A stretch of 64,000 bases of DNA from Vulcanimicrobiota bacterium (GTDB lineage Bacteria; Vulcanimicrobiota; Xenobia; Xenobiales; JADMJV01): contig JBFWNU010000003.1 of assembly GCA_050250895.1 (NCBI GenBank), positions 96,001 through 160,000 of the forward strand, written 5' to 3'. The notes beneath the pieces are model-generated. The model was given only the letters and a program-made list of their open reading frames with translations, made no database searches and was not told where the DNA came from. This document shows positions 47,012-55,043 of this stretch, one piece after another. A program made the translations under genes and the position numbers. Position 1 is the stretch's first letter. The number at the start of each line of letters is the position of its first letter.

Positions 47012-48187
47012 TTAATAGTAGTCGCGGCGGAAACGCTCGCTGTCGGGCTTTTGGAATTCGGGAGCCTGGCTCCACTTGCGGGAACGCTGGGGCGGAGTGT
47101 AGTCGTTGCGCGGCACCGGCTGCGAGTAGGTCGGGGCTGGCCGCGGCGGCGGTGTGTAGCTGGGCGCGCTTGGCTCCGAGCGTCTCGACCTGCGTCGAGG
47201 TCGCTCGCGAAACTCTTCTTCTTCGTCGTCTTCGTAGCGCGGCCGGTGGGTGGGATAGGCCGGACCGCCGGAGAGTCTGGCCGGAGTGCGGGGCTCACGG
47301 CTGACCACGGCGGGATTTGGCTTGGGTCGGGGAGCCGAGTAACTGTAAGCATGATCCAACTGCTGGTAGGCGGCTAGAGCGCTGCTGTCGTCGGGGTTGA
47401 GCTTGTAAGCCCGATAGTAGTGCTGGGTGGCCGCGCCCCGGTCGCCCTGGGCTTTCTCGGCATCGGCCAGCAAGTGATAGGCTTTGCCCAACTGCCAACC
47501 GACGCCGCCGTTGGCTTCGAACAGCTCGAGAGAGCGCCGGGCGCAGGTAGCCGCCTCGGCGGGATCCGTGGCCAGGGCGGCCTGACCCAGCTTCAGGGTG
47601 GCCATGGCCTGGCTGCGGGCCTGCTTCTGCAATCGCTCCTCGCAGGCCATGGCTTCAGCCAGGGCGCCGTGCACCTGACTGTAGTATTCGAGTGCCTCGG
47701 CATCGCGACCCAGGTCTCGGAGCACGTCGGCTTGCAGCGCCATAGCCTGCTGCAGTTCGAGAGGAGCCTTGAGTCGAGCGTAAATCTGGCGGGCCTGGTC
47801 GACTTCGGCCAGGGCCTTCTCGTCGGCTTTGGCGCGATGGTGTGCCTGAGCCTCCTGGAAGAGGTCGTTGGCCTGACTGAGCTGACGCCGACCGATCAGG
47901 GTGGGCACCAGCATGAAGGCGACCAGCAGGCAAACCAGGGCCGCTCCCAACCCCGCCGCCGAGAACCAGCTCAGCCAGGAAGGACCGGGCTCGGGAAGGA
48001 CCGGCACCACCTGGCGCAGGTCCAGACCCAGGTTACTTCTGAGCTGGGGGTTAGGGGGGCGATCCCGACAACGGGCCAGCATGGCCGCCTCGACGGGCCC
48101 GGCGTCGCTCTCATCGGTATAAAAACAGTTGGGGCAGGCGGAGCCCAGAAAATCAGCGGAGCGACATTGAGGACAGACGGCAGACAT
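47012..48187 (-). CDS. Zinc-ribbon / TM / TPR protein with Pro-Arg-rich tail
   Basis: CPQC...CPNC, one TM segment, TPR-like helices (YYRAYKLNPDD). Confidence 0.75.
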   Translation of the reverse strand: MSAVCPQCRSADFLGSACPNCFYTDESDAGPVEAAMLARCRDRPPNPQLRSNLGLDLRQVVPVLPEPGPSWLSWFSAAGLGAALVCLLVAFMLVPTLIGRRQLSQANDLFQEAQAHHRAKADEKALAEVDQARQIYARLKAPLELQQAMALQADVLRDLGRDAEALEYYSQVHGALAEAMACEERLQKQARSQAMATLKLGQAALATDPAEAATCARRSLELFEANGGVGWQLGKAYHLLADAEKAQGDRGAATQHYYRAYKLNPDDSSALAAYQQLDHAYSYSAPRPKPNPAVVSREPRTPARLSGGPAYPTHRPRYEDDEEEEFRERPRRRSRRSEPSAPSYTPPPRPAPTYSQPVPRNDYTPPQRSRKWSQAPEFQKPDSERFRRDYY

Positions 48188-48192
48188 CGACG

Positions 48193-49008
48193 CTATCTAG
48201 ATTCGGCGTCAGTAGGTGAATCCTTCTCGGAGATCAGCCCGCGGTCGCGAAGATACCAGTAGAAGAAGGCTCCCAGCGCCAGACTCACCAGGCTCAGCCA
48301 GTGGGCGGGCGTGATGGTGCCGGCCACGTAGTGGGTGCCGTAGTCGCCTCGGAAGAACTCTACCAGAGAACGATTGATGGGATAGATCATCACCAGCAGG
48401 CAGAAGACCTGACCGTCAAATTTCTTGCGCTGGTGGACCCAGGCCAGGAAAGCGTAGAGACAAAGGCTGAGAAAGGCATCGTAGAGTTGGCAAGGGTGGA
48501 CGCCGATACCGGCCGTCGGATGGTCGGCCGGAAAGTGGATGGCCCAGGGCAGGTCGGTCGGACGCCCATAGCAGCAGCCACTCATCAGGCAGCCGAAGCG
48601 GCCGAAGGCGGCGCCTAAAGCTCCGCTGGGGGCCAGGGCGTCGCCCAGCTGCCAGCGGTCGACCCCCCGATGCCAGGTAAACAACAGCACCGCCACCACC
48701 GAGCCCACCAGGCCCCCATAAAAGACGAGTCCTCCCCGGCGCAGCATGAAGATCTCGAGCCAGGGGGCGCTGGGAAAGGCCGGGTTCTGCATCATCTCGT
48801 CCCAGTAGGTGATGCAATAGAACAGGCGTGACCCCACGATCACTCCGATCACAATCCACATGGTCGAGTCGAGCACGGTTTGGCGGTCCAGGCCGTAGCG
48901 CTCTCCGCGCCGGCCGGCCGTCCAGGAGCCGAGCATGAACCCGGCAGCCGCTAGCAAGCCGTACCAGTGGATGGCCAGAGAGCCTATGGAGAAAGCAACT
49001 TTATGCAT
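48193..49008 (-). CDS. lgt: Prolipoprotein diacylglyceryl transferase
   Basis: IHWYG, GGLVFYGG, GRFGC...GCCYG, HPCQLY and EFFRGD motifs. Confidence 0.93.
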   Translation of the reverse strand: MHKVAFSIGSLAIHWYGLLAAAGFMLGSWTAGRRGERYGLDRQTVLDSTMWIVIGVIVGSRLFYCITYWDEMMQNPAFPSAPWLEIFMLRRGGLVFYGGLVGSVVAVLLFTWHRGVDRWQLGDALAPSGALGAAFGRFGCLMSGCCYGRPTDLPWAIHFPADHPTAGIGVHPCQLYDAFLSLCLYAFLAWVHQRKKFDGQVFCLLVMIYPINRSLVEFFRGDYGTHYVAGTITPAHWLSLVSLALGAFFYWYLRDRGLISEKDSPTDAESR

Positions 49009-49055
49009 TGTCTGGGGCGGGAATTCTCGTTTGGTTCCGGAACTCTTCCTCTCAG

Positions 49056-50861
49056 GTGTCTATTCCTGGGCCTCAGCCGCCCGACTCGATCGAAACGATG
49101 CTGGGTCAGTACCGAGAGGCCGGCAGTGTCGATTCGGAAGGTCGTTTCACCTTAGACCCGCGCCGCGCTCGTGAGTTGCTGCGGGAGTTTCAGCTTGCCC
49201 AGCCCGAGCACTATATCCTGCATCTTCTCTCTTATGCCGTGGCCGCAGGGGCCGAGCACATCGAGGTGGGAGTGGGCGACCAGTCGGTCAGTCTGACCCA
49301 TGACGGCCAACTGCCGACCATGGCCGAACTGGAGTCTCCTTTCTCGGCGCTCTTGAGCAACGATCATCAACGCCAGGCTCCGCGAGAATTCGCCATCGCT
49401 CTCAACAGCCTGCTGGCCAACCCTGATAACGACCTTCGCCTGACCTGTCCGAGCGCGGAAGGTGGCTGGCTGGCTTTCTACAGCCCCAAGGAGCAGCGGG
49501 TGGAGCCGCTAGCAAAGCCCCCTCAAGGACTGCGCATCGAGATCTTTCGCTCGCTCCCTCGCTCCCAACGGGCGCAGGTCGAAATCGATGTGATTCGTGA
49601 TCATTTCAAATACTGCCCGGCCGACATCAGGGTCAACGGCCGGCCCATTACCGAATCGGTTTCGCCGGGGCCTTGCACCGCCTGGCTCGAGTTGACCGCC
49701 GAGCCTGGCAGCCCGGCCACTCGCATGCGGGTGGCGGCCGCCCCGGCCGACTATCACGAGCGGAAAGAGCATGCCCTGCGCTGCTCGGCCCTGATTAGCG
49801 TCGGCGGAGAGCGCTCGGGATTGCAGATCGTGTATCTGGGGCGCCTCTATCCGATGCCGCTGGGTTGGGAGTTCGAAGGTCTGGAACTCTCGATCGGGGT
49901 GACCGTCGCCACCGACCGCCTCAAGAAAGACCTCTCGGGTGGCCAGTTGGTGGAGGATAAGGTCCTGGCCAACCTCCGTCGCTATCTGCAGCAACAGACC
50001 GCCTGGCTTTTGACCCGCATGGTGGGGGCACGGCCTAGAATCGAGCTCAGCGCAGGGCTGCTGCCGGCGCTCGAGTGGGTCGTGACGTGCTTGAGCCGGG
50101 CCGGCCAGTATGAGCAGGCGCATCACCTGCAAACCATCCTTTGTCAGTGGTGGCGCGACCGTGAAGGAGCCGCCCCGGCTGGGGCCGTCTTCTATCGCCT
50201 CGGCCTGCTGAGCCAAAAGCTGGGGCTCGGGCACGAGACCACCTCGCACTTCGAGCTCGCCGACCTGCATTGGAGGCGACTCGGACGCCAGCTCCAGGTC
50301 GGCGACGAAGTGGTCCCGGCCAAGCTGCAGGTAGACTGGCTTCGGCTCCGGGCCAGTGCCGAGCTGTTCGGCCAGTTGCCCGCTCACGAGGCCACCCGCT
50401 TGCTGACCGTCACCCGCACGGCGCGCGACCTGGGCTTGCCTCGCCTGGTCAAGGCCAGTTCGGAGATTTTGCTGGTCAACGGGGCGGCCGGCGAGGCCAA
50501 CCGGTTGGAGGTGACGGCCGCCCTGGCCGGAGCACTGTTCGAACTAAGAGAGTCAGACCGCAGCCTTGAACTTTACGAGGCGATCTGGGCGCTCGGTGAG
50601 CCTCTCGAATCCTCGTTGCCCACCGCCGCTCGGCTGCAAGCTCGCGAGAACTTCGCCGTGTTGCTGGCCGAGCAGGGCCGTTTCGAAGCTGCCCGCGATC
50701 ATCTGCTGATTGCTCTGTCGGCGCGCAAGGAACAGTTGGGCGAGTCGTCCCCCGCCGTTCTTCAGCTGGCCCTGCGCCTGAGCGTGGTCTTCGCCGCTCT
50801 GGGCCAGAACCAGGAGTCCGAGCAGTTGCGAGCCTGGATCGCAAGTTTACAAAAGGCCTGA
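49056..50861 (+). CDS. Degenerate GHKL/Hsp90-like N-domain plus TPR protein (start uncertain)
   Basis: SEGRFTLDPRRARELLREFQLAQPEHYIL; C-terminal TPR-like helices. Confidence 0.75.
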   Translation: MSIPGPQPPDSIETMLGQYREAGSVDSEGRFTLDPRRARELLREFQLAQPEHYILHLLSYAVAAGAEHIEVGVGDQSVSLTHDGQLPTMAELESPFSALLSNDHQRQAPREFAIALNSLLANPDNDLRLTCPSAEGGWLAFYSPKEQRVEPLAKPPQGLRIEIFRSLPRSQRAQVEIDVIRDHFKYCPADIRVNGRPITESVSPGPCTAWLELTAEPGSPATRMRVAAAPADYHERKEHALRCSALISVGGERSGLQIVYLGRLYPMPLGWEFEGLELSIGVTVATDRLKKDLSGGQLVEDKVLANLRRYLQQQTAWLLTRMVGARPRIELSAGLLPALEWVVTCLSRAGQYEQAHHLQTILCQWWRDREGAAPAGAVFYRLGLLSQKLGLGHETTSHFELADLHWRRLGRQLQVGDEVVPAKLQVDWLRLRASAELFGQLPAHEATRLLTVTRTARDLGLPRLVKASSEILLVNGAAGEANRLEVTAALAGALFELRESDRSLELYEAIWALGEPLESSLPTAARLQARENFAVLLAEQGRFEAARDHLLIALSARKEQLGESSPAVLQLALRLSVVFAALGQNQESEQLRAWIASLQKA

Positions 50862-50919
50862 AGCTGTTAACATTGCTCCGAAAAATTTTACAAAGTGTGT
50901 CTTTAATTTTTATGGACTT

Positions 50920-50941
50920 TTTCAGAGCCGGCTCCCATAAT
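50920..50941 (+). promoter_or_regulatory. TTTCAG-N10-CATAAT element in an AT-rich intergenic region
   Basis: Recurrent motif upstream of 50980. Confidence 0.6.
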
Positions 50942-50979
50942 GGAATGAACACACGCCAGTGTTATCAGGAGGGTCCAAC

Positions 50980-51537
50980 ATGTCACTTTACTTTCCCACC
51001 GAAGTAGCCGGCCAGGGCATTCGCATCGGCATCGGCGATTACGATCACAACGGTAAGATCGACTTCGACTTCGGCCTGCAGGGTTTCAACGCCTGGGGCA
51101 ACGGCGTCAGCGGAGGCTATAACTCCACCGAAATCGGCTACGGCACTGCCCGTGGAGCCTACGTCGAAAACAGCAACGGCTCCTACACCCCCTGGGCTCG
51201 CCAGGACAATCACTGGGGCGCCGACTCTTGGGGCAACCACGGTTCTTCGACCTACCAGGACGTTTTCGGCAATTACCAAAACCATCGCTACGCCAACGAT
51301 GTCTTCGGCAACTATTCCTACGGCGACACCCAGGCCACGCCGTGGAGCTATTCTGACCGCAACGCTTCTGGGAACTCTTACTGGGGCAACCACCACGAGA
51401 GCGGCCGCTACGCCGACGCTTTCGGCAACCGGGGCAGCTACAATGTGCCCGGCTGCGTGCCCAACTATGGCTGCCGCGACTATTGCTGCGGCGGCGGTGT
51501 CCAGGTCAATGCCTGGTTCGGCGGCTGCTTCGGCTAG
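50980..51537 (+). CDS. Gly/Asn/Tyr/Trp-rich repetitive protein with Cys-rich tail
   Basis: AGGAGG RBS; repeated [DN]-x-[FW]-G-N; strong codon bias; terminator follows. Confidence 0.8.
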   Translation: MSLYFPTEVAGQGIRIGIGDYDHNGKIDFDFGLQGFNAWGNGVSGGYNSTEIGYGTARGAYVENSNGSYTPWARQDNHWGADSWGNHGSSTYQDVFGNYQNHRYANDVFGNYSYGDTQATPWSYSDRNASGNSYWGNHHESGRYADAFGNRGSYNVPGCVPNYGCRDYCCGGGVQVNAWFGGCFG

Positions 51538-51553
51538 ACCGTCCCGACCTACG

Positions 51554-51582
51554 AAGAAAGGCAGCCAGTGGCTGCCTTTCTT
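51554..51582 (+). terminator. Intrinsic terminator
   Basis: aagaaaggcagcc-agt-ggctgcctttctt. Confidence 0.75.
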
Positions 51583-51599
51583 GGCTTTAGGGGGAAATC

Positions 51600-52517
51600 A
51601 TGGAGACCCAAAGTCGCGGCATTCCTCAGCCTGATAGCGATGGTAACTATACCTCGCCACCGTTGGCGGCCATTCGGCGTGTGTGGGGAGACTACCAGCA
51701 AGAGATCGCTAGCGAAGAGGACGTGGTCACTGTCCTGCAAGCGGTGGCCGACTTCGCCCAACTGCAGGTCGAGCAACTCGAGGCTCAGCTCGAAGCCGGA
51801 GTGAGCCAGGTCGAGAACGCGGCCTTCCTTCGCATTCTCGAGGCCTTCGAGCTGCATCACGAGGCTCTCGAGCTGATGGCCGAGCACTTCGAGGCCCCCG
51901 AAGAGGGCTTGTTCGAGCGAGGGTTGGCTATCGTGCAAGAGGCCACTAACGAGCTGATGGCCGGCCATCAGATGCTGCTCGACGATATCGAGGCGGCCGG
52001 CCAGGTCAACTGCATGTTCTGCTCGGCCCCCAACCCGCGCGGCACCGACAAGTGCGCCCGTTGCGGCCGCAGCCTGCTGGTGCCCGGCGAGGCCCGCTCG
52101 GCCATTTCGGTGGTCAACGCCGAAGGCCTCGACAACTCTGCCGGCCAGGGCCAGGTGACTCAGAACTTCGCCCTGGTCAAAGGCGCGGTCGAGGCCTGGC
52201 GGGCCGAGCAGCTCTCGTCTGACGACCTGCTGGCTCAACTCGAGCAGGTCGAGGAAAACCTGGCCGGCCATCGGGCCTCCAACGAAGAGGCCGCCTCCCG
52301 CCTGGAAGAGGCCCCCCCCGAACGCCGCCAGGCCATCACCGCCGCCCTCGAGCAAACCGATGTCGCCATCGCCCATAACCTGGCCGCTATCGAGAAGATG
52401 AAGCTGGCCTTCGTCAAAGAAGACGACACTTACCTGGTCAACGGCCTGGCCGACCTCGAGCACGCCTCGCGTCTGACCCTGGCCGCCTTTCAAGCCCTCA
52501 AGTCGGCCAACAGCTAG
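51600..52517 (+). CDS. Acidic helical protein with central zinc ribbon
   Basis: CMFC...CARC between two helical halves; purine-rich RBS. Confidence 0.75.
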   Translation: METQSRGIPQPDSDGNYTSPPLAAIRRVWGDYQQEIASEEDVVTVLQAVADFAQLQVEQLEAQLEAGVSQVENAAFLRILEAFELHHEALELMAEHFEAPEEGLFERGLAIVQEATNELMAGHQMLLDDIEAAGQVNCMFCSAPNPRGTDKCARCGRSLLVPGEARSAISVVNAEGLDNSAGQGQVTQNFALVKGAVEAWRAEQLSSDDLLAQLEQVEENLAGHRASNEEAASRLEEAPPERRQAITAALEQTDVAIAHNLAAIEKMKLAFVKEDDTYLVNGLADLEHASRLTLAAFQALKSANS

Positions 52518-52534
52518 ACTCGCTGCGCTCGCCA

Positions 52535-52605
52535 GGGAGCGAAGCTCGCGGGCTCGCTTCGGGAAAGGAGCGAAGCTCGCTGAGCTCGCTTCGGGAGAAG
52601 GAGCT
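52535..52605. repeat. Short palindromic direct repeats (REP-like)
   Basis: ggagcgaagctcgc..gctcgcttcggga occurs twice in tandem. Confidence 0.6.
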
Positions 52606-52689
52606 CTTGCTTCGCGCGAGGGAGAAGGGGCGACCCTGCGGGCCGGGAGAAGAAGCGTCGGTCGCTACCGCTCCCTCCGAGGTTGGACT

Positions 52690-52957
52690 TCCGTGCGGAA
52701 GTTGCCCGGAATCGGCCCGACAAACTGGTGCGGAGCTGGAACGGCGCTTTCGTGGTGGCTGTCAGGCCGGGCTCGATCACCGGCGTCGCGCAGTTTCTTC
52801 TTGCGCAGGTTGCCGGAGTTGACGGCGGTCCCGGCTGGCTCGACGGCCGTCAGCCGGTTGGAGTCGTCCGAGTCGTTCGCGTACGGCTCGGGTTGAGAAC
52901 CCGGGCGATCGTGGTGCCATTATTGTCGTGGTTAGACGACTCCACCAGCTCGTCTAC
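52690..52957 (-). pseudogene. Degenerate Rhs core remnant
   Basis: Hand translation across a frameshift gives LVESSNHDNNG / DDSNRLTAVEPAGTAVNSGNLRKKK / HQFVG, which parallels VETFAYDDDG / DTFDRLVAVE...TGGLRKLK / HQLLG of the Rhs at 55040..56281. Confidence 0.5.
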
Positions 52958-53165
52958 CCCTCCGCGCACACGTGTGTCAAAATTATTTTCCGATGCGGCC
53001 GCCGAACCGCCTCGGAGGAGCCTCACCCCTAGACTGCTCGTGATAGCCCCTCCAGGACCCCCTCAGGCATTTGAACAGCCGAGTTTGAAGAAATCTTCAT
53101 TTCGGCCTCGAAAAGCTCGAATAATCATCGCTCAGAAAATGCGCAATTGCCTGTAAAATAAGGGT

Positions 53166-54278
53166 TTGAGTCGCATCGAATCTTTGACGAACAAGGGGAG
53201 CAAAGACTATCATGGATTTATGATTACCGATGACAAGCAACGCGAATTCTGGACCCTCGAAAACTTGAGCAAGCTCCCTTATGAGCGGCTGGAAAGGGTG
53301 ACCCGTCGCCTGGCCAACACCCTGGCCCTGACTCGCATCCTGCTGGGGCGATGTCTGTTGGCTATCGAGCGCACCGACTTCTGCGCCCAGACCGGCTGCC
53401 ATTCGGCTATCCACTTCGCCCGGCTCATCAAAGTCGAGAAGCGCGAGGCGCTAGATTCAATGAGGATCGCCGGCCATCTCGAAGGGCTGCCGCTGTTTTC
53501 CAAAGCCTGCGAAGAGAACAGAATCTGCTGGTCCAATCTGCGTGTTGTCACCCGCATCGTGACGCCCGAGACCGAAGAGGCCTGGCTTGACCTGGCGGTG
53601 CGCCTCAAGCCTCATCGCCTGGCCCGTCTGGTGGCCGGGGCCAATCGCGGTGACACTCCGGCTGAAGCGGCCCTGAACATGGTAGAAGAGGTGGAGCTTC
53701 GTTTTCGGGTCGCTCCCGAGGTGTCCGAGCTGTGGTCGCGAGCCGTGACCGTGATCTCGAGAGACCATGGGGGCACGGTCAATCCGGCCGAGGCGTTCGA
53801 ATGGATCCTGGCCGACTTTCTGGGTGGCCAGGTAGAGCAGCTCAAGGTTGAGGCCGCCCAGGACCTGGTCGCTCCGGTCGAGGCACTGGCAATGCGGACA
53901 CACGTGTGTCCGGGCGAGTCGAAGTTGCAACTGGCCGGACGGTTGAGGTTCAATCCCAGCAAGCGGCAGGCGACTGCCGCCCAGCGCCGGGCAGTGCTGC
54001 GGCGGGATGGCTATCGCTGCTCTTGTCCGGGTTGCCCCAACCGACTCTGGCTCGATGTGCATCACGTGGTATTCTACTGTCGGGGCGGACCGACGGTGCC
54101 CGAGAATCTGGTGGTGGTGTGCTCGCGCTGCCACAAGAACATCCATCGGGGCATCCTGCAAGTGAGCGGGGTGGCGCCCCGGGAGCTGGTCTGGCGCGAT
54201 CGTCGCGGCCGTGACCTCGAACGCCAGCGAGAGAGCGGGCTATTGGAATGGCTGCTGGAATGGGCTCGAGCTGGCTAA
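53166..54278 (+). CDS. HNH endonuclease with DUF222-like helical N-terminal region
   Basis: RRAVLRRDGYRCSCPGC...LDVHHVVFYCRGGPTVPENLVVVCSRCHKNIH; TAAAAT-N6 before TTG. Confidence 0.88.
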   Translation: MSRIESLTNKGSKDYHGFMITDDKQREFWTLENLSKLPYERLERVTRRLANTLALTRILLGRCLLAIERTDFCAQTGCHSAIHFARLIKVEKREALDSMRIAGHLEGLPLFSKACEENRICWSNLRVVTRIVTPETEEAWLDLAVRLKPHRLARLVAGANRGDTPAEAALNMVEEVELRFRVAPEVSELWSRAVTVISRDHGGTVNPAEAFEWILADFLGGQVEQLKVEAAQDLVAPVEALAMRTHVCPGESKLQLAGRLRFNPSKRQATAAQRRAVLRRDGYRCSCPGCPNRLWLDVHHVVFYCRGGPTVPENLVVVCSRCHKNIHRGILQVSGVAPRELVWRDRRGRDLERQRESGLLEWLLEWARAG

Positions 54279-54521
54279 GTTGCGGCGACGGAGAAGTGAC
54301 CCCCGATACTAGAACTTTCTCTGGCGGAGGGGGTCGCTGAGCCGTCGCCCCGGGCGGGCTCGTTTCGTGCGCAGTTCCATCAGGTTCGACGTGGTCTGAG
54401 AACTGCGCCCGCGCGCCTTTCAGCGACGCTCACGCCCTTCTCCGTTGCAGTCCTTGCTCACGTCCCGCGGCGCTGGCGAGCGCCCTTTGGGCAAAGAGAG
54501 CGCCAGCGCCCCGGTGGCGTT

Positions 54522-55043
54522 TCAGATACGACACGCGTCCTGAGGTTTCGGCCCGACCGAGCGTCCGGTTCCAAGCTTCTGCGCACGAATACAGTCAAAC
54601 AGTTCGTCACGTCCGATTCTGATTCTCTTAACAGATCCTTCTCTAGTCACTCGCATTTCGAAGGTCTCAACCTCCTGGTGACAGGCGTCGAGAAGAGCCG
54701 ATGGCCCAGTAATCTCGACGCCGTTAACAGCCTGCAATAGGTCGCCAGCTTCTAGGCGCATACAAGCGAAAGCTCCTTGTGGCTCCCTGATTAGCAAGCC
54801 TCCATCAACAAACTCCGCAGGAGGCAAGTATTGCCTTTCGGGTTCGACTTTCTGCTCGTCCTGGGATTCGTGCGCATTTTCTCGCTCCGCTAGTCGCGGA
54901 TAGCACTTTCCCCCTCCATTAACCTGATGTGAGGAACTAACCCGCGTGGTGGTGTCGACTGTTCGGCTGACAAGCTGGGCTCCCAGAGCGACAAAGGCCA
55001 AGACCACAATGATTGTAAGGCTGTTTGCGAGTGATATCTTCAT
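54522..55043 (-). CDS. Putative Rhs immunity protein: TM anchor plus PDZ-like domain
   Basis: ATGA-coupled to the Rhs toxin; visibly lower GC; LEAGDLLQAVNG...VTREG is PDZ-like. Confidence 0.6.
   Translation of the reverse strand: MKISLANSLTIIVVLAFVALGAQLVSRTVDTTTRVSSSHQVNGGGKCYPRLAERENAHESQDEQKVEPERQYLPPAEFVDGGLLIREPQGAFACMRLEAGDLLQAVNGVEITGPSALLDACHQEVETFEMRVTREGSVKRIRIGRDELFDCIRAQKLGTGRSVGPKPQDACRI

Noticed and set aside
53166-54278. HNH protein as an IscB/Cas9-like RNA-guided nuclease
   Set aside because: No PLMP or RuvC motifs are visible, and the upstream region is better explained as an Rhs remnant plus REP-like repeats.
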